From Octopus vulgaris (taxonomy: Eukaryota): 64,000 nucleotides of DNA. Positions 11,843 to 25,537 of this stretch are shown here, one piece after another. The notes beneath the pieces are model-generated. The model saw only the letters and a program-made list of their open reading frames with translations. It did not search any database and was not told where the DNA came from. Location of the stretch: positions 69,068,001-69,132,000 of the forward strand of contig OX597819.1 in the NCBI GenBank assembly GCA_951406725.2, in the 5' to 3' direction. Position 1 is the first letter of the stretch; each line of letters opens with the position of its first letter. Both the position numbers and the translations under genes were made by a program.

Positions 11843-14305
11843 ATGGAATTTACAGGTAAGATAGAACCGCTATTTTGGGATTCATCTTTGAAAGATATTC
11901 CTATACCTTCTAGAAAGGAATTTATTTTGAAACTTATTAATAATGTTAAAGGTTTTATTTCTAGAATTAAATGGAAAGCTTATTACTATAATTTTTTATT
12001 TATTTAATGATAATGATAGTAGGAATGATAATTTTACCTATAAATTTAAATCTAGAAAGGAACCTCCATTTAATAAAGAATTACAATTACTAGAAGATAA
12101 TATATGGAAGGTAGTAAAAAATATTGAATTCCATAAATACCCAAATAGAAATAATGAATATTTAAGAAACTTAGCAATTAGAATTAAAGATATGAGAAAT
12201 ATGGATGGTATTATAGTACAATCTGATAAAACTAGGAATTTATATAAATTAGATGTTAAATTATATGATAAACTCTTAGGGAAAGAAATAATTAAAAAAT
12301 ATAAAATTGTTCCAGATGATATACTTTATAATATTAATAAGGCCTCTAAATTAGTAATGTTAAAATATGAATTGGATAATAAAACTGAACCTTATGTACC
12401 TTTGCACCCCAAAATTACTCTTAAAGACCATAAAGATAATTTTTATTCGGACCCTAAAGTTAGATTAATTTGCCCATGTAAATCTGACCTAGGTAAATTA
12501 AGTAAATTTATTTTAGATAAATATATTAATAAATTAAATAAACTTAATTATTTAAAATTATGGTTTAGTAATAACAATACATTGAAATGGTTTAATAATA
12601 TTAAAGATAAAAATCGTTATAAATTTATTCAAATAGATATAGATAATTATTATTCTTCTATTAATGAAATTGTGTTTAATAAAGCCCTTATTTTCGCAAT
12701 GAATAAGGTGGGAATGTCACTTGAAGAAGTTAATGGTTAGGAAATCGCTCATTAAATATAAAAATAAATTATGGGCTAGGAATGATACTAGAGATTGTTT
12801 TGATATACCTATGGGAGCACCAGATTCTGCACAAGCTACTGATTTAGTAGGTATTTTTCTTTTATCTGAACTCCAATTAGAAAATCTTAAGATAGAGGGT
12901 GGTTTATATAGAGATGATCTTCTACTAATTACAAATAATTGTACTAATAGGAATCTAGAAGTATATAAGAAAAAACTATATAGTTTCTTTAAAAGATATG
13001 GTTTAAGTATTACTATATATAAGGAGAATTATAATGTTAATTATTTAGATGTTAATTTTAATCTAATTACAGGTAAAACACAACCATATCATAAAATTAA
13101 TGAGAACCTTAGATATATAAATGTTAATAGTAATCACCCACATTCTATTAAAAAATCTTTGATTAATAATATAAGTAAACGTATTTCATTACTCTCTTAT
13201 GATATAGAGATTTTTAATAAACATGCTACTTATTATAATGAGGCCCTTAGAGGGGCAGGTTATAATAGGAATATTAAATTTTATAATATTAATGATAAAG
13301 ATTTAACTAATAATTTTCGAGATAATTATAATAATAATAATTATAATTTTGTTAGTATTAGTGGTAAAAATATTAGAAATTATAAAAATAAAAATAATAA
13401 AAATAAAAATAAAAATAAGAATAATAAAAATAAAATTAATAATAATAATAATAATAATATTGATAAAATTAATAATATTAATAATTCCTTAAATGCTGTA
13501 CATAGATATAATTCTGTTAATAATTTTTTATAAGATAAAGAATTATAAATATAATAATTATAATAATGACAATTATAATAATAAGGTTAATAAGAATAAA
13601 ATTTGGTTGATAGTTCCTTATGGTGATCAAGTAAAAACGAATATTATCAAAGAGATTTTAGATGTTATAGAACTATTTATTAGAGATAATCGTAAATATA
13701 AAAACATTTTCTCTAGTAATAATTTTGGAGTAGGTTATTCCACTACTAATAATGTAGGTAACATTATTTCTTCATTTAATAAATTTAAATTGAATAATTT
13801 TTATAAAAATAAATTATTTGATAATAATAATAAAGATAAGACATATATTAATTGTACTTGTAGAGATAAATCTAAATGTAAATTAAATAATAAATGTAAT
13901 ATTAACGATGTAGTGTATAAATATATAGTTACATTACATGATAATAACTTTAAGAATAATAATTACCCAAAAGCGGTTTATATAGGGTCTACTTCCTCTA
14001 AAATAAAATTAAGAATCGCACAACATCTGAATTCTTTTAAAAATAAAAACTTAATCAACTCCACTGGACTTAGTAAGTACATTTGGAGACTTAAATCACA
14101 AAATATTAATTATAGTTTAACTTGGGAAATAATTTGTAAAACTAAATCATATACTATAGGAGCGAATTGTTGTTATTTATGCTCTAATGAGTTTAAAGAA
14201 ATTTTATTTTATAAGTATGATAATTTACTTAATACAGGTGAAGAGCGCAAAATAAAATGCAGACATAGGTTACTTTACCTATATAATAAGTTTCATGATA
14301 AATAA
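11843..14305 (+). pseudogene. Penelope RT/GIY-YIG ORF broken by about three frameshifts
   Basis: MEFTGK..SLKDIPIPSRKEFILKLI..RIKWKAYY; QSDKTRNLY; LKDHKDNF..PKVRLICP; DIDNYYSSI; PMGAPDSAQATDLVG; LYRDD; YLDV; CTCR..C....C; VVY..YIGST..RIAQH; CYLCSNE; KCRH. Frame changes near 12000, 12735 and 13530. Confidence 0.9.
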
Positions 14306-17096
14306 CATTAATAGCTCCCTATTAAAGGTTACTTTAGTATAATATTAATTTTAGTTTAGAGTACCATATATTTTTAGTTATGTAGTGTAGGCTTTAATTA
14401 TAGTTAGTCTTTAATCGGTGTTTCTTTGTTTTCATTAATTTATTATTAATGTATATTAATATATAACAGTTCATGGAATATTGAGTTTGGTAAGTTAAAA
14501 CTTTATTTATTTATATTAGATTTATTTTATTTTATTTACTTATTTATTTATTTATTTTATTATGTATAAGTTATATGTATATATGTGGATATATATTATT
14601 TATGGATGATATGGGCGTATTTAGTGGTGTATATATTGAGTTTTGTATGTATGTGTGAATGTTTACAATCCCTTTGTGTTATATTTGGTATGTTGATATG
14701 GCAGTTTTATTTGGGTATTGTTTGTTGCAATATACGTTTATATAGATATTTAGGAGAGTGTCCGTGAATATGTAGGTATGGGTGTGTATGCATGTGTGCG
14801 TGTGAACAAGTGCAAGGGTAGGTGCGGGAGTGTATGAGTGCTATGTAATTGAGTGTGATTATTTATGCACTTGTATACATGCATGTTTGAATGTGCGTGT
14901 GATTGCACCCGTCTGCGTGTACACACTCATATATACATTTATTACATATTTCTTTACTTTTTTGAAAGAGTGTATTTTATATATATGTGTATGTGATGAT
15001 ATGTGTGAATGTATATATATATATATATTTTATATATATATATTTATGTTTGTATATGTATTTATTTAATAATCTATTGGGTGTGGGAATGTATATGGTG
15101 TATATATCGAGTTTTGTACGTATGTATTTGTATGTGTGAGTGTGTATATGGTTATGTTTGTGGATGTGTGTATATATGTGAGTGTATTTGTGTGTATTGT
15201 GTATTTGGTAAGGGGGTTTTATCTTTATATTTGTATGTATGGATTTCGTTTATCATGATTGTTTTATTAAAGAATTTTTTAGTATATTTAGTCCCCATGT
15301 ATTATAGCTTGGTATGTTGTTCATGGTAGTTTTTTATTGGGTATTGTTTGTAGCCATTTATACGTATATTTGATGTTTAGGAGAGTGTCCGTGAATATGC
15401 ATGTGCATGGGTCTGTGTGCATGTGCGCGTGTATAAGTGCATGTGTAGATGCGGGAATGCATGATTGCTTTGTAAAAGTGTGAGCTTGTGTATGCACTTG
15501 TATACATGCATGATTGATGTGCGTGAGATTGCACCCATTTTTATGGATATATGTATTTATTTATCTGTATGGGTGTGGGTGTATATATTTTGGTGTATAT
15601 ATCGAGTTTTGTACGTATGTATATGTATGTGTGAGCGGAGTGGGTATATGTATAGGTAGTGGGTGTGTGTTTTACGTGTGTGTAATTGTGTGTGAATGTA
15701 TAGATTAGGGGGATTGCTATATAGGTATGTTATAGTGTTTGGTAAAGGGAGGTTTTATCATTATATGTATATTTGTGTTTCGTTTATCATGTTTGTTATA
15801 TTAATGAATTTGTTATTTCTGTCTATTTACGTTGATTAAAATATTATAATTCATAATTTTTAAATAACGTTCGTTCACCAAGCGCAAAGAATTTTTATAA
15901 ATATGTTCGGTTTCTATGGTAACGTAATTTTGTGAACGTTATAATGGTTAGAGTTTAAATTCACTTCATAAATTAAAACTGAATAGAAGGTATGTATTTT
16001 ATCTCCTTATGTTAATATTGTTACTTATGTTAATCTGGTTACTTATGGAGTGTTCTATATATCGTATTATGTGTAGAAATGTTGTTTTTCTTTTGAGTGT
16101 TTATGTATGTGTGAATGTGTGTGTGTGTGTATTTGTTTGCGTAATTTATTTATCTGTATGGGTGTGGGTGTGAATATATTGTTGTATATATCGAGTTTTG
16201 TACGTATGTATATGTATGTGTGAGTGGGTATATGTATCTGTTGTGGGTGTGTGTTTCACGTGTGTGTATTTCTGTGTGAATGTATGGTTATGGGGATTGC
16301 TATATAGGTATTATTGTGTATGGTAAAGGCAGTTTTATCATTATATGTATATAAGGGTTTCATTTATCATGGTTGGTTTATTAATGATTTTTGGAGTAAA
16401 TTCTGTCTATTTACGTTGATTAAAATATTATTCCATTCTATTCCATTCATAATTTTTAAATAACGTTCGCTCACCACGCGCAAAGAACTTTTTGTTTTTC
16501 TTTTGTGTATTTATGTATGTGTGAATGTGTGTGTGTGTGTGTGTGTTGGTTTGTGTAATTTATTTATCTGTATGGGTGTGGGTGTGAATATATTGGTGTA
16601 TATATCGACTTCTGTACGTATGTATATGTATGTGTGAGCGGGTATATGTATATTGTTTATGAATGTGGGTTGTATGTGTGTGTGAGGGAGTATGAATAAG
16701 TAATGTGTTGAAGTATTTGGCTATTTTATTAATTTATCGTTGCCTAGATGTTTTTGTGTGTATGTATAGAGTTGTATATATAGGTGTGTGAGTTAGTGTA
16801 TGTATTTAGATATGGTTATTTATACTTAGATATATGTGTATGAGCATGTGTGTATATATAGTTTATTTTTATTTTGTTTTTTGTTTTTGTTTTTTGTACA
16901 TCTTTAAATATGAGAACTTTAATAATAGGTTTCTTTATATTCAATTGTTTATAGGGTTTATTTTAGATTATATGTTGATTATATATAGATTATATATAGA
17001 TTATATATAGATTATATATATTTATATTATTTCATTGATAAATTTATATTATTTTAAACTTATATTTTAAAATATTGATATTTTTAGATCGGAAAT

Positions 17097-17140
17097 CCAC
17101 CTGACGAATGTCATTTGAAGACATGAAACAATTGTAGTGG
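17097..17140 (+). ncRNA. Minimal type I hammerhead ribozyme (3' pLTR)
   Basis: Identical to 11563-11606. Confidence 0.9.
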
Positions 17141-17832
17141 CGATTTATTTACTTTATATTAAAATTTTTTATGTATTGATTAAGTCTGTCCTTGTTTGAT
17201 TTGCAAAATAGTGGTTTTGTCTCGAATTAATATTATATATACATATATATATATAAATATATATATATTCATGTATGTATACAGAGAAATAATGAAAGAG
17301 AGTGAGAGAGAGAAAGAGATACACGCACATTTCTCCTAGCGTTCACGAATTTCCTCTCATTCTGGTCTAACGGCCCTCTATGTTTCTTTTCGTACGGTTT
17401 TCTTGTATGTATCCACTGCCTTACATTTGTTCCCAGCCTTGAGCCTCCATAAATCCTAAATTTTTTATTAGGAAATTTATGGGAGCAACCAACTTTGAAG
17501 ACACATATTGTCGTTGAATGTTCGAAATGAGGAGTAGATAGACAGCCGACAACTGATGAAGGGTCGCTCTCTTTATTTGCTGGTCCTGTTTTCCATTTTT
17601 CTTCCATTGCTTGCGTATTTAACTTGTTTGTTTTCGTATTTCATGTTGTTTACACGGGTAGTAACCTCCTGTAGCCATATATGCATATCCATATATATGC
17701 ATATATGTGTGTATGTGTGTGTGTGTAGTATGAACTACTAATAGGTTAATGGTGTGAGAACATAATCTAGCAGATGTATATAGTGTGCCTTTTGTCTCAC
17801 ATAAATAATTCACAATAGAATATACATGGCTG

Positions 17833-17871
<39 letters not shown>

Positions 17872-17892
17872 ATATATATATATATATCTATA

Positions 17893-17946
<54 letters not shown>

Positions 17947-18056
17947 GTTAAGTTTATGTACCAACAGAAAGTGGCAGCTCTACGTAGGACGATGTTTCTA
18001 CTTTTTAGCCTCAAGAAACATATTTTCCAGCTGGCATCCGACACAAGCGCACACAC

Positions 18057-18103
<47 letters not shown>

Positions 18104-18190
18104 TATACATATTTATATGCATATATATATATGGTGCTCCAGCATGGTCACATCCTTTAGGTTGAAACGTATTGCAGTATAAAAGAATAT

Positions 18191-18222
<32 letters not shown>

Positions 18223-18249
18223 CTACATATATATATATGTGTATGTATG

Positions 18250-18283
<34 letters not shown>

Positions 18284-19273
18284 TGTATGTATGTATGTAT
18301 GTATGTATGTATGTATGTATATATGTATGTATATGACCACTGCTTCAGAAAGTACACACTTAAAGTCATGTTTAAGGCAGAAGAGGTTTTGTAAACAGAA
18401 GTAACAAATGCGACACATATCTAAATTCTATTTATCGCCCTCATCCATCATGAAATACTTCAGCGACTTTTTCAGTACTACAAGTCTATAAGGAGCCACA
18501 TATATTCTTGTATTGTTGTCGTTGTTTTTTCCATGTGTTGATTTTGTGGATTTTTTTTCATTTACATATTGTATTATTTTTGTTTTGGACTGTATGCACA
18601 AGTAAACCTACGCTGAAAGGAGTAATACAGAAATATTAGATAGAGGCTCCTGCACAGATACACACACATATATATCTATCTTTTTATCTATCTATCTATC
18701 TATTTATATATATATTTTGTTTTCTATCTATCTATCTATCCATCTATCTATTTATCTATCTATCCATCTATTCCTATATATGTGTGTGGTTGTGTGTGCA
18801 TACATGCATGTGTATGTGTATGTGTGCGTCAAGTACATTGAATATGACTGAATACATAAGTAGATTTATGTGTCTGCTTTCCTGTGACTACTTTAGTGAA
18901 CATACATGTACACCTTCCATATGTAGTACGCATATTTATATACTTATGCTTGTGTATGTACATGCATATGGACACACATATATCTGTACATATAGACAGT
19001 ATTGATTGATAAATTGTTAATATATTTGGCAGTTGATTATGGTTGCGTAACGAAATACAGTGTCTTCAAGAGCATTTAATATGTACATACCACTTGTCAG
19101 GAATGTGTTTAATATATAAAATTAGTATTGCCAATTGTGTTATACGGCAAAATTTAGTGGTAATTTAATCAATGTGTTCGTTGATGGTTAATACCTATAT
19201 ACCCGTTACCTACTTGTCTATCTTCAATCTCATTGTTAAATACGAAACGTCGTAAGTTGCGTACACCAAAGTA

Positions 19274-19912
19274 TACAGTGGTACCCAAAAGTAACCGGAA
19301 ACTTTTCTATGTTGGAAAAACCCGCTGTAGTTCAGGCTTCCGCTACTAGAAGCTACTCGATGCGCCCCTCACGCATCGACCGGTGTTGTAATTTGAGATC
19401 ATACTGCATCGTGGTGTTTCTTTTTTGTTGTAGTGCTTCTCGCGTGTTCGTCGATTTTGGCGATGGCTGAAACGAAGTGAAATTCTGTTTACTGTTGGGG
19501 AAAACGGTAGCCCAAACATGATTCAAATAACTTACAGGAATGCTTCTATGAGCAAAACACAAGCTTACGAGTGGTGTCCATGTTTTAGGATTGGTCATTT
19601 GTCGTGTGAGGACCAACCTCGTTCAGGGCGACCGTCGACCACTCATACGAATGAAAACATCATGACAATCCATGAACTGACCTTGGCGGACGTTGCCGAA
19701 CAATTGACGAACTTGTTGATATGACTGGTAAGGCCTGGAGATCCTGACAACGAAGTTTGAGCGATGAATTACGAATGCAAAATCTGTGCCTCGCTTGCTC
19801 ACAGAAACTCAAAAGCAGTCACGACTGAAAGCATGTCTTAAAGTGAAAGAACAGTTGGAAATTGGACCGTACGCTTTTTAGAAGTACATCTCTGGTGACG
19901 AAAGCTGGCACT
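19274..19912 (+). mobile_element. Mariner transposon relic (5' half)
   Basis: MSKTQAYEWCPCFRIGHLSCEDQPRSGRPST and ISGDESW motifs; a related copy lies at 39003-39882 (-). Confidence 0.8.
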
Positions 19913-20464
19913 GAGGAATTTACGAGTATATACGTACATATACATACACACATGCATGTAAATAGATAATTGTATATGTGTGTTTATTGTGTAAATGTAT
20001 ACAGATATAAACTAGCTATACACAGACATATATTTGTACGTATATATAGATATAAAATATATACATCTATGTGTGTATATATAGAAATATGTATGTATGT
20101 GTATAGAGATATGTGTGGATGTGTGTTAATATGTATGCATGCATTGATATATCGAAATATATATGTAAGGGAGGCGTTAAAAATAATTATTTCGAAAGAG
20201 ATGCAGCACTGCTGCATCTCTTGGAAAATGCATTTGTACCGATGCATTGTTTCAAATGGCGAATAATTTGAATGCAATAAAATAAATAAAGTAAAATAAA
20301 ATTATACTGCAAAATTCCGCTTCATTTTGGGTACCGTCTCCTATATACATATGTATGTGCGTGCATGTGTGTGTTTTCATTTGTGTATGCGTATATATGT
20401 GTGTATATCTATGCATCTGTCTACCTGTCTGTCTGTCTGTCTCTCTCTCTCTATTTATCTATCA

Positions 20465-20513
<49 letters not shown>

Positions 20514-20635
20514 ATTCATATATATGCATATATATATATATATATATAGATAGATAGATAGATAGATGGATAGATATACATAGATATATGTACATATACA
20601 TACATACATATATATATATATGTATATATACATTC

Positions 20636-20672
<37 letters not shown>

Positions 20673-20807
20673 TATATATATATATGTATATATATTTATA
20701 TATGTATGAAACGTACACGACTTTCTCACTTCCCGAGCGTGAAACTAATACATCTGTTTGTTGTTTACACATCCGTCTTCGTCTTCTTTTCTTTTGTAAG
20801 TTCTCAC

Positions 20808-20860
<53 letters not shown>

Positions 20861-21185
20861 AGTCACAACTGTATGTTACAGTAAAAGGCCAGAATTACAC
20901 CTCCATTCTTAATACTGCTTATACATCCCATTCTAGGAATGTCAGATTCTGGCTGGACCGTGTTATCGGACACGAGAGTTGCATGTGAATGCCGGGAAAC
21001 ATATCTTCATCTCTCAAAGAGATTGGCACTTTAGATTGATTAGCGACCTAAATTTTATGCTACCATAAATCTTTCCAACCAATTATCTTTTTTTTTACCT
21101 GATTTTGGTTGCATGAAAATGTTCGCTTCTTTTTTCTTTTCATTCTCTTTCTATGTTCCTTTGCACAAGACTTCTCTCTATCCAT

Positions 21186-21227
<42 letters not shown>

Positions 21228-21355
21228 CTCTACTTTCCCTTTTTGGGTTATATATTTATGTACATAGATACCTTCGTATATATGTGCATGTGTCTGTATG
21301 CTTATGTATATATGTATGTACGTATATTTGCATATAAATAGATGTGTATATATAT

Positions 21356-21386
<31 letters not shown>

Positions 21387-22339
21387 CATACATACATACA
21401 TACATATATATACACATACATATACTTCTATAAGTGTGTTTATATTGTTATATTGTGTATATGTATACAGAATTAAAATACCTACATACATATATTTGTA
21501 CGTATATATATAAAAATATACATCTCTGGTTATATATAGGGACACGTGCGTGTGTCTGTGCGTGTGCATGTATGTGCGTATTTATAGAAATATGCGAGTG
21601 TCTGTGTAAATCTGTATGTATTCATGTATGTATTGATCTATGTAAATATATACGTACAAATATATATACCTATTCATCCCGCCATCAATCAATCTCTATA
21701 TTTACTTATCTTTCTAACTTTCCTTTTTTCTCTCTATCTCCTGACATCATTTCGTTCCCTCTCTCATTTTTTTCCTACCGGTATCTCTTTGAGTTATGGC
21801 TAAGGTGTAGGAAGCCAACTCTACTCCTGCATTGCATTGATAACATTCTATTTAGTTTCCCCTCAGCTTTTCTTAAACCTCTAATAAATGACGTTGGAAT
21901 GGACTGAATGCAATGGCGATTCGTTTTGCCGTTTTTTTCTCTTTTTTCTCTTTCCTTTTTCTTTTAGTTTCCGCTTGGCCATTTTATTATATTTTCCTGC
22001 TTGTTTGTGCACGTCTGCTGTTTGGTTTATCTTATAAGGAACAATGAATGATGTTGAACTGGATGTTTGGCAAATCTCTAGCCTTTTCTTATTATCATTT
22101 TTCACGTTAAACTTTGACTATGCTTCTGTCCCTTATCTTTTCTCAATTATCCCAGGAATGAGGGTACGAAGAGCCTACAAATCATACAGGGATTCCACTT
22201 TGGACTTATATATCCTTACGGCCATCCTTTTAGTAGGTAAAGCAATAAATCGAAGTGTCTAATGCAATAAACTTGAGCAGGTGTACTACCGTTTAGTCGA
22301 AGGCAAATGAAACTAATATATTTTCGTTCTTACCATTTT

Positions 22340-22415
22340 GCTTCTTCTTCTTCTTCTTCTTCTTCTTCTTCTTCTTCTTCTTCTTCTTCTTCTTCTGGTT
22401 ATCATTATTATTATT

Positions 22416-22482
<67 letters not shown>

Positions 22483-22584
22483 CTTTTCATAAAAATTTTG
22501 TTCTTCCTCTCCTTCATCATCATCATCTTTTCTTCTTCATCATTTTCTTCTCTTCTTCTTCTTCCTTTTCTACTACTACTACTG

Positions 22585-22656
<72 letters not shown>

Positions 22657-22831
22657 CTGCTACTACTACTACTCCCACCACCACCTCTACTATTATCACT
22701 ACTACTACCCTTGTTGGAAGCTTTTTTTGTTACCATATTACTCATTGAATTTCTGCTACGCTATGTCAAACCTTTTCTTCCTCCTCTCCATCCTCTCCTT
22801 CCCCTTCGCCTTCCTCTTCTTCTTCTTCTCC

Positions 22832-22900
<69 letters not shown>
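22340..22900. repeat. Compound microsatellites (CTT)n/(TTA)n/(CTA)n
   Basis: Directly visible. Confidence 0.95.
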
Positions 22901-22901
<1 letters not shown>

Positions 22902-22904
22902 GTT

Positions 22905-23085
22905 TGTTGAGGTGGCAGAATCGCTAGCGCACCGGGCAAAGTGCTTAGCTACATTCCCCCTCCCCTCGCCTACACGCTCAAATTTCAAATTCCCCCGTGG
23001 TCGACTTTGCCTATCATAATTTCGGGATCGGCTTAGCACCATCTTTCGTAATCACTGGCTCTTTGCCAAAATTTGAAACCAATAC
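22905..23085 (+). mobile_element. SINE family B copy
   Basis: GAGGTGGCAGAATCGCTAGCGCACCGGGCAAAGTGCTTAGC...TTCAAATTCC...GGTCGACTTTGCC. Confidence 0.7.
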
Positions 23086-24758
23086 GACACCATTAATATT
23101 TAATATAAAACACGCATATTTGTTTTGTTTTAAGCATTCGACTGTTTCAAACCGTATTTGTTAATTCCTTCTCAGCAGTTATTTCTATTCATTCTTCATG
23201 CAGTATCGTTCTTTGATAGTTTTTCTAGAAGATTGCATACGACCACCTGGATTATTTTATTTTCCTTGCTACGAGGTTGATCCGTTATATAAATTAATTT
23301 ACGCTTCTAGTTTCTATTCTATGTTCGAAAACTCTATCTTTTGTACTCATTCCGTGTTTATTTAATCCTGTGTAGTCTATTTTTTGTGAGTATAGAAGCG
23401 AATAAGAAACTGATCAACTGAGTAATGGAATTACGTATCATAATGTTGTGATTTGATATCTCTTTTTGTACAATGTTGATAGTGTCGCCGCTTTTATGTG
23501 TGGTTATTAAAGTGAAGTTCTCTTAACCGAATACCAACAATACATATGAGACATTTCTGTCGCTTGTAAGAGGTTTAGCAAACAGTTGATAAATTTATTG
23601 TTGGCTCCGCGTTAGTTATGTACGATGGAATGATGCCAAATCCCAGTGAGAACAGAAACCAAATTTGCTGTCACTGAATAAATAGTAACAGGATAGAGTG
23701 ATAACTATACTATTAATATTATTAATGCTGTGTTCCTCGGTAACAATATTTCTATACCATTTGAATATTATACGACACTACCTTCATTTCTTCTATTTAC
23801 AGCGCAACCAAATATATTTTAACATTCATTCTTTGCAGCCTTAATTTCGATATTCACCAATCAATGACGTAAGTTTGCTTTATATTATGGTATCCGCTAC
23901 GTACATGAATAATGTTTATCATATATTCATTATTCGGTTCAAGTTTTATGCTTATATTTGTTTTCTGTATCAATGTAATGAACACCGGAATGGCTTTTAA
24001 CTATTTATAGATAATTTTGGTCAAAATTGTAATAAATTTCTTTTGTCTACCATGTTTTGATTGGTTATCTCTAGAGAATTTTGCTTATTCGTTATTCGAT
24101 GTACTTGCGTGTCTTGAAAAAATCCAAAGAATATCTGTATAGTCATGGCCAAAAGTTCTTTAAAAATTAAAACTGTTATACCCAAGCACCATTCTATTCA
24201 GATATATACAACGTATATACTTGGTCATTTGATATAAAATTTCTAATTTTCAGACCGATATTCCAAACGACTGTAGCTCTGATTCGTACATTCTTTATTA
24301 TAATTGTACTAACTCTTGCAAATAATCGTCTCATGCAGTGTGTATGATATTTTTTGAATGGTGTTTCTCTCAGTTGCATTCGGAACTGTGTCAAACACGA
24401 AAATATAACCCGAAAGGACTGCAAGTTTGACCGATACTAGAATTTTGATTTCCTTACTTCTCATTGTAGTTCTTCACAGTAAGGCATTGGCCCTGTTCAA
24501 GGGAAACACACATGTTCTGCTTCCATTTTAAACTCATATATGTTTGCTTTCATTCTACATCTTTCTGCTAGGTCTTGAGAGACATAAGTCACAGGTGTGT
24601 TCTCTTTCCAAGCTTTTTCCGCTGTTTTGTTATGAGCCAAGATTTATAATTTAATGTAGTATATTTCATGGCGTGTATTTCCTATTGCTACCTTAAAATA
24701 GGGGAAAATAAGTTGTTTATCTATTATACTAATTACTTTTCCATTCTCTCTTTCCTAA

Positions 24759-24995
24759 TTGCAGCGGGGAAGGTGTTTATAAGCCATTTAAGAAGCACAC
24801 AAAAACCGTTAGATTCACTTCAACGTTTAAATTTAATTTGCCAAAATATTTTCGTCACTTTGAGAAGCCGACAAAATTCCGTGCTGCATCCCAAAGGAAC
24901 GAAAATATTTTGGCAAATTAAATTCAAATGTTGAAGTGAATCTAACGGTTTTTGTGTATTTCTTGAACGGCTTATAAACTCCTTCCATGCTGCAA
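24759..24995. repeat. Inverted repeat with arms of about 100 bp; right arm continues to about 25060
   Basis: AAAAACCGTTAGATTCACTTCAAC..TTTAATTTGCCAAAATATTTTCGT versus ACGAAAATATTTTGGCAAATTAAA..GTTGAAGTGAATCTAACGGTTTTT. Confidence 0.9.
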
Positions 24996-25234
24996 ATGTT
25001 TTCGTTTCAGCACACGATCTCAGATCAGGTCACCTTCTATGCTGGTACATCTCCCTCTTTCCAAACCATTTTTCTATTATCACGATCGTTGCATTGTCTT
25101 AGTCTTCTTATAAATATGTTCCTGCACTAATTTTGTACAAGCTCGGTTTAATCGGTTTTTATCAGCTTTGGGATACTTACTTGAAACGCTTTTATAGAGT
25201 TGTCAGATAAATTCGTTTGTACAGTTCTATATTT

Positions 25235-25465
25235 AAGAGATGAGGAATGATGTACATTATTTACATTCGACGGGTATTTGTCCTCATCTTGTTTGTTGTT
25301 AACACAACGTTTCGGCTGATATACCCTCCAGCCTTCATCCGGTGCCTTGGGGAAATTTCGAACTTGGGTTCTCATTCCTAAGGTATATGCTCACTGGCAT
25401 ATGGCGCAGTGGTTAAAAGCACGGGCTACTAACCCCGAGATTCCTATTTCGATTCCAGGCAGTAA

Positions 25466-25537
<72 letters not shown>

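Larger units (their letters stand above)
11422..17239 (+). mobile_element. Penelope-like retroelement, near full length, with direct pseudo-LTRs (11422-11705 and 16967-17239)
   Basis: RT plus C-terminal GIY-YIG ORF pieces; near-identical terminal direct repeats of about 280 bp, each containing a hammerhead; long GT-rich 3' region. Confidence 0.93.

Noticed and set aside
17550-17600. CTGATGA followed by a weak hairpin
   Set aside because: No downstream GAAA or stem III.
25392-25470. tRNA gene
   Set aside because: No proper acceptor stem; it is the head of a repeat.
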